64,000 bases of DNA from Acidobacteriota bacterium (GCA_041494445.1 JBGQAU010000004.1:278-64277); one strand, 5' to 3'; positions 1-10,038 are shown, counted from the stretch's first letter. The notes: generated by a model from the sequence alone, not told the origin. Made by a program: numbers and translations.

Positions 1-81
1 TCGTGACCCGAGAGGAAGAGGGCATCTTGATGCGCTCGCCTCCGGCTCGCGCCTTTGCGGGTTCGAGTCCTGGTGGGGGCA
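1..81 (+). other. tRNA-like 3' segment (copy 1), cut by the window edge
   Basis: It has T-arm-like GGTTCGAGTCC at 60-70, an acceptor-like TGGGGGC-A at 74-81 and a long GC hairpin at 32-52. Positions 10-85 are about 75% identical by eye to 2351-2428. I could not fold a clean anticodon arm. Confidence 0.3.
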
Positions 82-171
82 TTCACGGCTGCCGGTGACG
101 AACCAGGCCCCAAGTGACTGAATTAGCGACGGTTAAATGATCCAGCTGGGCATCGGTCCCGACTTGTTACC

Positions 172-1245
172 TTGTCTATTACTAATAGACGCGCTACTAT
201 TACGGACATGGTTCCTCCAAACGACGCCATCATCCACCGTTGCGTGGAACGCCTGCGCGAACTGCCGTTCGTGGAGGAGGTCACCCTGCGCCAGGAGGTC
301 GACCGACTCGCCGGCAGGGTCGACGGGGTGATCCGCGTCGTCACCACGACCACCAAGAAGGACTACGTGATCGAGGCCACTCGAACGCACCTGACCCAAA
401 CCGTCGTGCAAGGAGTGATCGCTCGAGCGGCTCGATACGCGCCCACACCATGGATCTTGTTCGCGAGGCACGTGGGGCGCCCTCTGGCCCACCTGCTCGC
501 CGAGCAAGACGTGAACTTCGTGGATCTGGCAGGTAACTGCCGGCTCCGCGTGAATCGGAAGCACTTCGGAATGATCGAAGGACGCCCCCCCGAACGCCGC
601 CCCCGGGAAGGACGTGGCATCGGTGTACCGGGCCTGCAGATTCTGTTCGCAATCCTCGTCCGACCGGCGCTTCTGAACGCGCCGATCCGCACCCTCGCGG
701 AAGCCGCGGGCGTGGCAAGAGCCACCGCTGCGGACCGACTCGCTCAGCTCCGGGAGCAGGGCCTCGTCTTCGAGATGAACCGAGAAAAGCGCCTCGCCGA
801 ACCTCGGCGAATCCTCGATCGATGGCTGAAGGGCTACGAAACGCAGGTTCGCCCCCGCCTTCTCATCGGGCGGTACCGAACCCAGGACCGGGATCCGAAT
901 GCCCTCGAGCAGCGCATCGAGCAGGAGCTCGGCAACGATCTCGGATGGGCGTGGGGTGGCGGCGCGGCCGCGTACCGGCTCACCCGGTACTACCGTGGTC
1001 CGGACACGACCGTGCACATCCAACCGGATCCCGGGATCGATGTCGTCAAGCGTCTGCGCGCCCTCCGCGCGAACGACGGACCGCTGATCCTGATGCGAGC
1101 GCCCGGGCCGATCGCGTTCGAAGGCGAGCAGCCCCGCACGGTGAACCCGCTCCTCATCTACACGGAGTTGCTGTTCGCCGAAGACAAGCGGGCCCGTGAG
1201 GCGGCCGACATGATTCAGAGGAAGTACTTGGGACATCTCACATGA
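172..1245 (+). CDS. AbiEi-like (type IV TA) antitoxin / wHTH regulator, putative
   Basis: 357-aa ORF with coding-like composition. It shares a 4-nt ATGA overlap with the downstream nucleotidyltransferase-like ORF. The central segment is HTH-like (IRTLAEAAGVARATAADRLAQLREQGLV). The family assignment is from recollection of AbiEi architecture. Confidence 0.5.
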   Translation: MSITNRRATITDMVPPNDAIIHRCVERLRELPFVEEVTLRQEVDRLAGRVDGVIRVVTTTTKKDYVIEATRTHLTQTVVQGVIARAARYAPTPWILFARHVGRPLAHLLAEQDVNFVDLAGNCRLRVNRKHFGMIEGRPPERRPREGRGIGVPGLQILFAILVRPALLNAPIRTLAEAAGVARATAADRLAQLREQGLVFEMNREKRLAEPRRILDRWLKGYETQVRPRLLIGRYRTQDRDPNALEQRIEQELGNDLGWAWGGGAAAYRLTRYYRGPDTTVHIQPDPGIDVVKRLRALRANDGPLILMRAPGPIAFEGEQPRTVNPLLIYTELLFAEDKRAREAADMIQRKYLGHLT

Positions 1246-2030
1246 ACGGCTTCGTGCCGACCCACGTTCCGGTTCTGCGGGCGTTGGGAGAAATCTGGGG
1301 CCCCGATCGTTTCATCGTCATCGGCGCGGCGGCCGTGGGTTATCACATCGGCATGACCTGGCGCGGAACGCTCGACCTCGACCTGTCCGTCGCCGCTGGA
1401 ATCGAGAAATACGAGGCGGATCTCGAAGGCCTGGGCTGGCGTCAAGACGAGAAGGTGCCGCAACGCTGGTATTCGCCCGAGGATCTGATCATCGATGTCG
1501 TCCCTGCAGAGCCGAATTCGATCCGTGCCGGCAGTTTCGCCTGGCCGGATGGCAGCACGATGAACCTGCTCGGATTCCGGCTTGCCTTCGCGGATGCAAT
1601 CCCGGTCGAGATCGGACTCGCAACCAACATTCGAGTCGCGTCGTTGAGGTCGATCGTGGTCCTGAAGATGTCTGCGTATCTGGACACGCCGTGGGAACGG
1701 GAAACCGACCTCGCGGACATAGCGCACATTCTGGAAGCGTTCGTCGGGCCCGACGCGGACGAACGATGGAGTCCCGAGGTCATCGAGCTGGGCCTCGACT
1801 ACGACGACGTGAGCCCGTACCTGCTCGGGAGCCAGCTCGCAACGGTGGTGGACGGACCCGAGTCCACGCTCATCCGTCGATTCCTGCGTTCAGCCGAAGA
1901 CGACACGGATGGACTGGCGACACTTGGGCGGATGGCGCGTCGCGCGCCGGCCGGCTGGCGGGATCCCGACTCGCTCCGATCGCGGGTCCGAGCGTTCGGC
2001 CGGGAACTTGGCGTAAAACGGCACCTTTGA
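1242..2030 (+). CDS. AbiEii/AbiGii-like nucleotidyltransferase toxin, putative
   Basis: The N-terminal motif IGAAAVGYHIGMTWRGTLDLDLSV matches the GG-x-A...R-x-T-x-D-[IL]-D pattern of AbiEii-type NTases. It is translationally coupled to the upstream ORF. Confidence 0.55.
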   Translation: MNGFVPTHVPVLRALGEIWGPDRFIVIGAAAVGYHIGMTWRGTLDLDLSVAAGIEKYEADLEGLGWRQDEKVPQRWYSPEDLIIDVVPAEPNSIRAGSFAWPDGSTMNLLGFRLAFADAIPVEIGLATNIRVASLRSIVVLKMSAYLDTPWERETDLADIAHILEAFVGPDADERWSPEVIELGLDYDDVSPYLLGSQLATVVDGPESTLIRRFLRSAEDDTDGLATLGRMARRAPAGWRDPDSLRSRVRAFGRELGVKRHL

Positions 2031-2170
2031 GCGCGGCACACGACTCTTGACAGATCCTCAAGACGGGCATGGGCGAGTGCGAGAACGACATCCTCGCTGC
2101 GCTGCCGAACCGGCGATCCCCCTGGCGCTCGGGGCGTGCTGCACCAGCTCGCCTCTCGGATCGCGCGTCC

Positions 2171-2247
2171 GTGCGCAACTCGCGCAACTCTACGCAAACT
2201 CTACGCAACAGCATGGAAGCGGTGGACACCGATGGAAGCGGTGGACA
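2171..2247. repeat. Two sets of short tandem direct repeats (iteron-like)
   Basis: GCGCAACTC GCGCAACTC TACGCAAACTC TACGCAAC lies at 2173-2209. ATGGAAGCGGTGGACA occurs twice, at 2213-2228 and 2232-2247, separated by 3 nt. Confidence 0.6.
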
Positions 2248-2254
2248 AGAAAAT

Positions 2255-2289
2255 GGGCGCCGTTTCGGAAAAAGCTTGAAACGGCGCCC
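2255..2289. terminator. Perfect 12-bp inverted repeat hairpin, terminator-like
   Basis: GGGCGCCGTTTC (2255-2266), an 11-nt loop, then GAAACGGCGCCC (2278-2289), followed by TCGAAATTTT. A short T-run is also present on the opposite strand. Confidence 0.5.
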
Positions 2290-2350
2290 TCGAAATTTTC
2301 CCTCATAATCCGCTGGTCCCAGGTGTGCTCGCCCTTCGGGCTCGCCACCG

Positions 2351-2424
2351 GAGAGGAATCTGGCTTCTCTTGACGCGTTCGCCTCCGGCGAACGCTCTCG
2401 CCGGTTCGAGTCCTAGTGGGGACA
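2351..2424 (+). other. tRNA-like 3' segment (copy 2, degenerate)
   Basis: Same layout as copy 1: GAGAGGAA..., a perfect 9-bp hairpin GCGTTCGCC-TCC-GGCGAACGC, then GGTTCGAGTCC and TGGGGAC-A. The T-stem pairing is poor, so this is probably a decayed duplicate. Confidence 0.3.
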
Positions 2425-2520
2425 TTCGGTGCTCCAGAGGCGACTGACGGTCGCTCTCGGGCCGAACCGGACGTCTTGGGGATGCGGACGGGAACGACGG
2501 GACAGAAGGATGGAGGCGAG

Positions 2521-3123
2521 GTGAACAGAGTCATCCTAGAGATCTTCTCCGACTACCTCTGACCGTACTGCTGGCTGGCGGAGCCGGCCGTGCACGAGCT
2601 CGTGAAATCGGACCCGGCCGTCGAGATCGTCTGGCGCGCGTTCGAGTTGCGTCCCGAGCCCGTCCCGACCCTCGATCCGGGCGGAGAGTACCTGCAGCGC
2701 GCTTGGGAGCACTCGGTGCATCCGCTGGCCGAGAGGCTGGGGGTGACGATGCGGCTCCCGGCCTTCCAGCCCCGCTCCCGACGGGCGCACGAGGCGGCGC
2801 ACTGGGCGCGGTCGCGAGGGCGCTTCGACGATTTCCACGCGGCCGTCTTCCGCGCCTTCTTCGAGAGGGGGGAGGACATCGGTGGGATCGCGGTCCTCGT
2901 CTCCCTCGCCGAGGCGCAAGGGCTGGACGGCGAGTCGTTACGCGACGCGCTCGAGCGTCGCGAGTCCGAGAAGAGCGTGCTCGCCGACGAGCGTGAAGCG
3001 GAGGCGCTCGGGATCCACGGCGTCCCGGCGTTCATCGCGGATCGACGAGCCGCGCTGACCGGCGTTCAACCCGTGGAAAACCTAAGGAAGATCGTCGAGC
3101 GCGTTCGCGCCGCGAGGGGATGA
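2521..3123 (+). CDS. DsbA/FrnE-family thiol:disulfide oxidoreductase with in-frame TGA (probable selenocysteine, U-P-Y-C redox motif)
   Basis: GGAGG at 2512-2516 is followed by GTG at 2521. The frame reads MNRVILEIFSDYL-TGA(2560-2562)-PYCWLAEPAVHEL and continues into track ORF 2590..3123. The TGA sits where the family has the first Cys of CPxC, and a hairpin follows it. Confidence 0.7.
2573..2589 (+). promoter_or_regulatory. SECIS-like hairpin downstream of the in-frame TGA
   Basis: GGCTGGC-GGA-GCCGGCC forms a 7-bp stem including one G-U pair. It starts 10 nt after the TGA and has G residues in the apical loop. Confidence 0.45.
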
Positions 3124-3189
3124 ATCCGGCGGGCATCGGGCGCCCGTACTACATCAGCGGCGTGAGCTCCACCGAGAGCCGGGGAGCGG

Positions 3190-3368
3190 TCAGAACGCAA
3201 GCCAGGCCATCACGAAGAACGTGTCGTTTCCCGAGGCGTTCCGGCCGGTGTCCGCGTAGTTACTCCCGCTCCCGTCGAACTTCCCGTACGCCGTGTACTG
3301 GAGCGAGAGTCTTGCGTTCTGCCACGGCATGAAGTCGAAGCCGGCGACGAACACAACGGGTCCGACGC
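3190..3368 (-). pseudogene. C-terminal remnant of an outer-membrane beta-barrel protein
   Basis: The minus-frame tail ...FDFMPWQNARLSLQYTAYGKFDGSGSNYADTGRNASGNDTFFVMAWLAF* has alternating beta-strand character and a terminal aromatic residue. Upstream, the frame runs into the icl coding region, so no room remains for a full gene. Confidence 0.35.
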
Positions 3369-5639
3369 CTAGGTCGGCGGCGGCCCCGTCTTGTCGATCA
3401 GACGCATCAGCGCGCGGCGGTCGGGTTCGAGCAGCTCGGCGATCCGATCTTTGTGGACTTCCGCGACGATGATGTGCCCGACCTCGTTGCGGACGTCGCG
3501 GAAAATCCCGTGGCTCTTCATCTTCCTGGCCTGGTACTCGTTGTCCTCGGTCGGATCGACGTAGTGCACCAAGGACGCCTTGTACCGGTGAATCAAGAAA
3601 AGGGTCACCAGGGTCATCAGCCTCTTCTTGCGCAGGGATCGGTCGAACGCGTTCTGGTCGCGAACCGAGAGGATGCTGCGGTCTCGCCGGTCGTGGATGT
3701 TGGCGAAGATGACGTTCGCCTTTTCCTCGCCCGTCTGGCTGAAGAGGCCCAGCTCCAGGACTTCCGAGCCGGGGGTGTGCGGCCGCAGATGCACCCGCAG
3801 CTCCAGCGGGAGCTGGTAGTGTTTTGCCCACAGGCCGAGCCACTCCGCGAGTAGCTTGGGCGGAACCTCGGTCTGGACCAGATGCTGGACCTGGGTCGAG
3901 CCCTTCCCCATCGCCTTGGTCGCCGCGGTGTGGCCGGTGGAGGCCATCAACGCGCTGTCGAGCCGCGGGCCGCCCACGAGGGTCTGCGGCGTCCGGTACG
4001 GCGATTCGAGCAATCGGAATTTCCTCTGCAGGCGCGCCAGGGCCAGCATGCCGTCCTGTCTCAGGGCTGCGGCGAATTCCTCGGCCGCGAGGCCGTCGAT
4101 CTGGTGCCCTCCGTACGTAATGAAGTTGAAGACGTAGCCGAGCTTCCCTAGCTCTTCCGGAAAGCGCCTCATCTCCTCGTCGCTCATTCCGGTGGTGTCC
4201 CAGTTGAACGACGGCGAGAGGTTGTACGCGAGCATCTTGTCGGGGTACTCGGCGTGAATAGCGCGCGCGAACGTCCGGGCGTCCTCGAGGTCGGCCGTCT
4301 TGGTCTCCATCCAGAGCAGGTCGGCGAACGGGGCGACCGCGAGCGACTTCGAGGCCGCGTACTCGATCCCGCTCTCGACCTGGTAGTAGCCCTCGGGCGA
4401 CTTCGTCGGCTCGCAGTCCCAGTTGACGTGGATGCCGAGCGACAGAGCCTTCTCGCGAGCGGCGTAGAAGGAGGCCTTCCGGGCGAAAGCCTGCCACTCC
4501 TCGACGCTCACGTCGAAACGCTGTCCCTCGGCCAACCTGAGGGACAGCGCGTCCGCCACCGCCTGGCCGTACGTCTTCAGCCCCGCTTCCGCCTCCCAGG
4601 CATCCACGCAGCGAGTCAGGATCCCGTCGAGAGCCTGCTCGAGGATGGGCGATTTCGCGCTCTTCAGCGCGCTGGCTGCATCCCTGACGAGCGCCGTCAC
4701 ACCGGTCCGCTCGAGCCACTTGAAGGCGGCGTCGTATTCGACCTCGGAGATCGCATAGAGGAGGTGCCCGCGGGCCTCGCCGATCCCCAGATCGTGGAGC
4801 ATCTTGAGGATGGCGATGTTGCAGACCTTGTAGCTCGGCAGGTCGACGTTCGTCGCGCCGAGAATGAACGGCTGATCGCGCTCGTCGCCGCGTCCATCGA
4901 TGAAGGTTGCGGACTCCGCGTCGGTGCGGGCCACGATGATCCCCGGCACCCCCATGATGTCGAGCTGGAAGCGGGCAGCGTTCAGCCGCTTGATCTGCTC
5001 GTCCTGGGGCACCAGTACCTTGCCCCCCTGGTGGCCGCACTTCTTGACGCCCGGCTTCTGGTCCTCGATGTGGAAGCCGGGTATGCCCACCTCCACGAAA
5101 CGGCGGATCAGGTTCCGGACGTGGGCGTCGCCGCCGTGGCCGGTGTCGGCGTCGGCGATGATGAACGGCCGATAGTCGACGACCGGGGTGGTCTCGAGCT
5201 GTTTCGCGCTCATGCGCGCGCGGGCGAAATGCTGGTTCTTGTCGGCGGCCAGCAGCATTCGCACGATGGGAGCTCCCTCGTCCGGCACCTGGCTGAGCGG
5301 ATAGCTCGCCAGGTCGGCTCCCGGATCTTCCGCGCGCGATCCCTTCGCGGAGGTCGCCCAGCCGCCGAGGTAGATCGCCTCGATTCCGAGCCGTTTCATG
5401 GTCACGGCCTGGCCCGGGGAGTAGGGACCGAACGTGGTGATCTGGGATCGCTGCGCGAAGAGTTCCCGGAGGCGCTCGTAGAACGCCTCGCCCGCGGCCC
5501 GGGCGACGACGTAGTCGGTCCGGATGGTTCCGCGCTGCTCGGCGACCTCGCGAGGGGAATAGAGCCTCACGATCCCCTCGAATCGCGGGCTGTCGAGCCA
5601 CTCTCGGACCTCCGCGACCTGCTGCTCGAACGAAATCAT
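3369..5639 (-). CDS. aceA: Isocitrate lyase (long form, 756 aa)
   Basis: It carries the [12 protein letters not shown] (KKCGH) signature plus [10 protein letters not shown] and TDAESA. The start MISFEQQ at 5639 overlaps the malate synthase stop (ATGA). Confidence 0.9.
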   Translation of the reverse strand: MISFEQQVAEVREWLDSPRFEGIVRLYSPREVAEQRGTIRTDYVVARAAGEAFYERLRELFAQRSQITTFGPYSPGQAVTMKRLGIEAIYLGGWATSAKGSRAEDPGADLASYPLSQVPDEGAPIVRMLLAADKNQHFARARMSAKQLETTPVVDYRPFIIADADTGHGGDAHVRNLIRRFVEVGIPGFHIEDQKPGVKKCGHQGGKVLVPQDEQIKRLNAARFQLDIMGVPGIIVARTDAESATFIDGRGDERDQPFILGATNVDLPSYKVCNIAILKMLHDLGIGEARGHLLYAISEVEYDAAFKWLERTGVTALVRDAASALKSAKSPILEQALDGILTRCVDAWEAEAGLKTYGQAVADALSLRLAEGQRFDVSVEEWQAFARKASFYAAREKALSLGIHVNWDCEPTKSPEGYYQVESGIEYAASKSLAVAPFADLLWMETKTADLEDARTFARAIHAEYPDKMLAYNLSPSFNWDTTGMSDEEMRRFPEELGKLGYVFNFITYGGHQIDGLAAEEFAAALRQDGMLALARLQRKFRLLESPYRTPQTLVGGPRLDSALMASTGHTAATKAMGKGSTQVQHLVQTEVPPKLLAEWLGLWAKHYQLPLELRVHLRPHTPGSEVLELGLFSQTGEEKANVIFANIHDRRDRSILSVRDQNAFDRSLRKKRLMTLVTLFLIHRYKASLVHYVDPTEDNEYQARKMKSHGIFRDVRNEVGHIIVAEVHKDRIAELLEPDRRALMRLIDKTGPPPT

Positions 5640-7669
5640 ACGGAATGCCTGCCTCTCTCCTCGTCCCGCGCAGCGACGAAGTCCAGGTTCTCGGTGATCC
5701 GCGTGCCGTCCCTGGCGTACGCGTCCATGTACAGGCCGATCCGCCGTCTCGCCTCGTCGAGATCGTGGTTGTCCAGGTTGATGTTGAGGAGGTCGATGTA
5801 CCACGGTGCCTTGACGTCGGCCCGCACGTAGGTGCGGACGATCTCGCGGGCGATCGGAAGCGTCGTGTCCTTCGAGTCGTCGTGGACGTCCCGGTTCCCC
5901 GCGGCGCGGAGCTTCGCGTGCTCGGAGACGAGCAGCCTCTCGAAGAGCTCCGGGGTGAACGGATCGCCGGCTCTCGTCCCCGTGTCGGTATCGGCCTCGG
6001 TCAGGCGGGCGCGCTTGTGCAGCCACTCCCAGAGGATGCTCAGGCGGATCTCGCCCGTCGCCATGTCCTCCATCAGGTAGAGCACGTCGTCGTTCCCGAA
6101 GAAGTCGGCGGGCTTGAGCGCGGCCGCCTGAAACCCCTGTCCGAAGGCATTGCCGTACTGCAGGGCGACGCTCAGGAGGTCACGTGCCCCTCGGACGGTG
6201 CGGGGCGCGGGCTCGAGCGACGTGAGGCCGGCCGCATCGGCCCCGGTGTAGGTGAGGCGGGGGAACGGGCGGCCGAGCTGGTTGTCCTCTCCGATTCTCT
6301 CCCACACGGGTCGCACGATGTGCACCATCTTCCAGTGGGCGATCCACTTCCCGCTCGCGCCCTCGCGCTGTTCCCGCACGGCACCCGCGACGGCCTTCTG
6401 CATTCCGCTTTCCACCCCGGCCCGCGAGCCGACGGGGATGTTGGGCTCCATACCGCCCTGCCACAACGCGAAGCGCCCCTGCCGGTCGGGCGTGTTGACC
6501 GCGCGCCGGACGCGATCCTCGTAGTTCCTCATGTACCCGTATGTCATCGTGACGGCGTCGATGTTGGGGTTCTGGAAATCGGGATCCCACGCCATGGCAT
6601 CGGAAACGCTATTGATGTAGTCCCAGCGTCCGGTATTGAAGCCGACGAAGCGCGGGCCGAGAGCGGCGCGGATTTCCATGAGCTGGAAACTGGCCTCGAG
6701 CTGCTCGACGAGCACGTAGACCTTCACGGTTCCTCGGGCCAGGCCGAGGTGCGCTTCGAGCGCGGAGAGGATGTCGCTCCACAGCGCGGCTTCCTCGGCC
6801 GTCTGGATCTTGGGGAGGTACACGACCACGGACGCGCCGGAGCCGCGAAGCGCCTCGTGGTTGTGGACGACGTACAGCGCGGCATCGACGATCGACGCCG
6901 AGAACCCCCTGCCGTCTCTCCACCGCACGTGACGGTCGTCCAGGTGAAGCCCCCGGACTCGAAAGATCCTCGTCGTGAACTCGAGCTGCTTCCTCCATTC
7001 CTCGATGATCGGGCGTCCGAAGAAGCCCCGCGCCCACGCGTTCATCTCCTCGGCCACCTGGGCTGCGACCTGCAGGAAGACCGGGCTCGCTCCGATGGCC
7101 AGCTTGAGGTTCCGCTGGTTGTCGAGCGACATCGTCGAGATCTGACCGAGTGCGTCCTCGCCATCGAACATCCACCCGTCGGCGCCCGAGAGCAGGGCGT
7201 AGGCGACGTTCCGGATGCTCTTCTCGAGAGGCTCGTTCGGCTTCGCCGCGGGACCCGTCCCCTGGATCCACTGACGCCTCAGATCGGGAGGAATCTCGCC
7301 GCCCGCGAAGTTCCCCTCCCTGGCGTCACGGACCCTGATCCGCGTCCGCGAAATCACGGACTCCGGGTCGAGGAACCCGATCCTCTCCCTCGTTCGCGCC
7401 CGCTCCGCCCTCCGCCGGGCGCGAGCGGCCATGAGCGCTCTTCGATCGGGATCGAACCTCGCCAGAGCGGCGAGAGCCGACAACGCTCCGGGGGTGAAGA
7501 TGTCCGGGTACTCTCTCTCGACGCCGGCACGTAGCTCGAGCCCGGAGGCGCCGCCGGACGCGCCGGTATCCCTGAGTTTCGCATCCACCCCACAACTCAA
7601 GAGGGACCCCCGCTCCCGCGCCCGATCCGGCCCGGACCCTGCCCGCGGCTTCGATCCGCACGGTGGCAC
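5636..7669 (-). CDS. Malate synthase
   Basis: Motifs WMFDGEDA and [12 protein letters not shown], among others, support the family. It is translationally coupled to isocitrate lyase. The start codon is uncertain and the N-terminus may be shorter. Confidence 0.8.
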   Translation of the reverse strand: MPPCGSKPRAGSGPDRARERGSLLSCGVDAKLRDTGASGGASGLELRAGVEREYPDIFTPGALSALAALARFDPDRRALMAARARRRAERARTRERIGFLDPESVISRTRIRVRDAREGNFAGGEIPPDLRRQWIQGTGPAAKPNEPLEKSIRNVAYALLSGADGWMFDGEDALGQISTMSLDNQRNLKLAIGASPVFLQVAAQVAEEMNAWARGFFGRPIIEEWRKQLEFTTRIFRVRGLHLDDRHVRWRDGRGFSASIVDAALYVVHNHEALRGSGASVVVYLPKIQTAEEAALWSDILSALEAHLGLARGTVKVYVLVEQLEASFQLMEIRAALGPRFVGFNTGRWDYINSVSDAMAWDPDFQNPNIDAVTMTYGYMRNYEDRVRRAVNTPDRQGRFALWQGGMEPNIPVGSRAGVESGMQKAVAGAVREQREGASGKWIAHWKMVHIVRPVWERIGEDNQLGRPFPRLTYTGADAAGLTSLEPAPRTVRGARDLLSVALQYGNAFGQGFQAAALKPADFFGNDDVLYLMEDMATGEIRLSILWEWLHKRARLTEADTDTGTRAGDPFTPELFERLLVSEHAKLRAAGNRDVHDDSKDTTLPIAREIVRTYVRADVKAPWYIDLLNINLDNHDLDEARRRIGLYMDAYARDGTRITENLDFVAARDEERGRHSV

Positions 7670-7923
7670 CCCGCGGGCCCGAAAACCGCGCCTCCATCAT
7701 ACGATGACAGCTCGAACTGCGGCGGGACGCGAAGACTCGGGCCTACTTCAGAACCGCCTGACGGCCTTGTTGCGCCCCAGCTTCAGGACCTTCACGTCGG
7801 GATGGACGAGCGCGCCGTCTCAAATGGGCGGCAGAGCACCCCGGGGTGGCGGCGAGCTGCTGGAGCAGCTCCGTGGCAGGGACGCTCCAAGACCCGGGCG
7901 GGCGCTCGTCCATGGGAGTCCCC

Positions 7924-8619
7924 CTACGCGATGACCCTGGCGATGACGAAGGCCGCGGTGGCAGCGAGCCCGCCGATCAGGACCGTCTGGAGCGCGCTGC
8001 GCACCGGCGTCGTGCCCGTGAAACGGCCCTTGATGTACCCGAAGACCGTCAAGGCCACGAGGGTGGCCGCCACCGAGAAGATGAGAGCCGTCCTCGCGCT
8101 GGCACAGAGGAGGTAGGGTCCCAGAGGGACGAAGCCTCCGCCGATGTACGCGCCGGCGATGGTGAGCGCGCTGGCCAGGGCGCGCCGCGGATCGGGCCTC
8201 TCCAGGCCCAACTCGAAGCGCATCATGAAATCGACAAAGGCCTCGGGCCGCTTGCTGAGCGAGTCCACGATGGGCGCGCTCTCCTCCGGCGTCAGGCCGT
8301 AGGACTGAAGCACCTCCCCGACTTCTGCCGCCTCCGCGCCAGGCTGTCCACGCACCTCCCGCTCCTCGCGTGCGCGCTCGCTGCTGTAGTGCTCCGCATC
8401 GCTCTTGGCCGCGAGGTAGCCGCCCAGGCCCATCGCGATCGAACCCGCCGCAATCTCAGCCAGGCCCGCGGTGACGATGATGCCGGTGGAGGTCACAGCG
8501 CCTGACAGCCCGGCCGCCAGCGCGAAGGGCACCGTCAAGCCATCCGACATCCCGATCACGGTGTCTCTGACGAATTCGCCGGCTGTGAAGTGGTGCTCGA
8601 TGTGCGGGGTTTGTGGCAT
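7924..8619 (-). CDS. VIT1/CCC1-family Fe/Mn transporter
   Basis: MPQTPHIEHHFTAGEFVRDTVIGMSDGLTVPFALAAGLSGA... is followed by C-terminal TM helices. The start is taken at Met 121 of the track ORF. Confidence 0.75.
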   Translation of the reverse strand: MPQTPHIEHHFTAGEFVRDTVIGMSDGLTVPFALAAGLSGAVTSTGIIVTAGLAEIAAGSIAMGLGGYLAAKSDAEHYSSERAREEREVRGQPGAEAAEVGEVLQSYGLTPEESAPIVDSLSKRPEAFVDFMMRFELGLERPDPRRALASALTIAGAYIGGGFVPLGPYLLCASARTALIFSVAATLVALTVFGYIKGRFTGTTPVRSALQTVLIGGLAATAAFVIARVIA

Positions 8620-8716
8620 CGCATTGCTCCCTAATCCGGCTGCCTGGCAGCGGGGAATCTCACAGCCCAGGCCTCTTGGGGCGGGCCTATCCCGGGTCGT
8701 GCAGACTGGGGCGAGC

Positions 8717-9760
8717 TCAGGCGGAGAAAGGTGCCTCGGATCGGACCGCGCCGTCCTGGTCCCCGCTCGCCCCGATCGCACACCCGGGAACGTCCGCCAG
8801 CGTCTCCCAGCGGCCGTAGCGGGCGATCCATTCCTGGTGGCAGGCCTGAGCGATCGTGAGGGCCAGAGGTACGCCCACCAGGACGGCGGGCACGAGCGCC
8901 ACCGCGCCGGGGAGATTGCGGATGCGCCTGCGTCGTGATGCCGTGCCGAGGTCCACCAGAAGATGCCAGTAGTACTCACCTACAATGGAATACACATCTC
9001 TTACCAGGGCCCCGAGGCCCGGAGGTAGCCCGCCGACGGCGCAGATCCCGCGCCGCAGGCTGTCCAGATACTCCGCCTTCGATCGCCCAGGGGCCGCCGT
9101 GTGGACGGTCGCGATGCGCGAGGTGCGGTGCGCGTCGCTTCCGCCTACCATGACCTTTGAACTCGAGCCTCGGGAATCGACCAGCGCCTTCAGAGTCGTG
9201 CCGTGACTTCGCGGGTCCGATCCGTTGCAGATCTCGATGGCCGGGACCATCGGGAGCACCTTCGCGAGGTGGCGGCGCGCGGAACGAATCGACCGGAACC
9301 CTCTAAAGGGATGGTTTAGAACGAAAAACGCTCCTCGCGAACGCAACTCGGCGATCAGCTCGAAGCAGTTGCCGCGCAGACGGGAGATGTCCTCGTGGAG
9401 TCGCTCGTCCACGTCGAACACGCTGATGTGAATCCTCTGCGAGGAGCCCGGGAACCACGTGTCCACCTCCTCGCCGATGATGACTTGATCCTCGGCCTCC
9501 GGACATTGCGAGAGAAAATCGAGCGCGCCGGAGATCGTGTTGTGGTCGGTGAAGCAGACGAAGTCCATTCCCCGCGCGCGGGCCGTCTCGAACGCCGCCC
9601 GAGGCGCCACGTAGGAATCCTGAGCACCGATTGGCCGTAGATGCCCCCAACCCGAAAAGCTCGTGTGAACGTGCAAGTCCACGCGCTTCCAGCCCCGTGG
9701 AAGCGGGGCCGGACCTGGCCCGCGGGCGGAATCCCGCCCCGGCACCGGTCGCTCCGGCAT
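8717..9760 (-). CDS. PHP-domain metal-dependent phosphoesterase with C-terminal TM segment
   Basis: VDLHVHTSFS and FTDHNT motifs are present. AGGGAAG lies 8 nt upstream of the ATG at 9760. Confidence 0.7.
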   Translation of the reverse strand: MPERPVPGRDSARGPGPAPLPRGWKRVDLHVHTSFSGWGHLRPIGAQDSYVAPRAAFETARARGMDFVCFTDHNTISGALDFLSQCPEAEDQVIIGEEVDTWFPGSSQRIHISVFDVDERLHEDISRLRGNCFELIAELRSRGAFFVLNHPFRGFRSIRSARRHLAKVLPMVPAIEICNGSDPRSHGTTLKALVDSRGSSSKVMVGGSDAHRTSRIATVHTAAPGRSKAEYLDSLRRGICAVGGLPPGLGALVRDVYSIVGEYYWHLLVDLGTASRRRRIRNLPGAVALVPAVLVGVPLALTIAQACHQEWIARYGRWETLADVPGCAIGASGDQDGAVRSEAPFSA

Positions 9761-10038
9761 CAGCGACTTCCCTTGAGAGCGGCCGAGGTTCGCTGCGTGG
9801 ATCTCATGTCCCGCCTCCCCTCCCGACCCGGCGACGCGTCCATCTCCGCGCATGACTGCGAGCGGGTTATCCTCGGCCGAGTCTACACCCCCGTCGCGGC
9901 CGCGACGAGCGGGCTTGCCGCGGTTCCGGCGGTCTGCCCGCGGACGCACGTCGGCGCGAGGATGCGCGTCGGAGTCGGTATAATACCAGGGGGCGCTGGG
10001 GGCGGTCGCGCGGCTCGGGTTCGTCCGGGAGAAACGGC

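Noticed and set aside
1-2424. Calling the two GGTTCGAGTCC-containing segments bona fide tRNA genes (Ser, Sec, Arg or Gly were considered because of the long hairpin and the nearby selenoprotein gene).
   Set aside because: I could not build a canonical anticodon stem-loop with U33 in either copy. There is no TCA anticodon for tRNA-Sec. The T-stem of copy 2 has three mismatches, and no matching 5' acceptor strand lies at the right distance. I kept them only as tRNA-like repeats pending a covariance-model search.
7746-7913. A 56-codon minus-strand ORF immediately downstream of the VIT transporter stop (MDERPPGSWSVPATELLQQL...).
   Set aside because: The C-terminal half is Arg/Ala/Gly-rich and looks non-coding. 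It has no motif and lies in the expected terminator/promoter gap between two operons.
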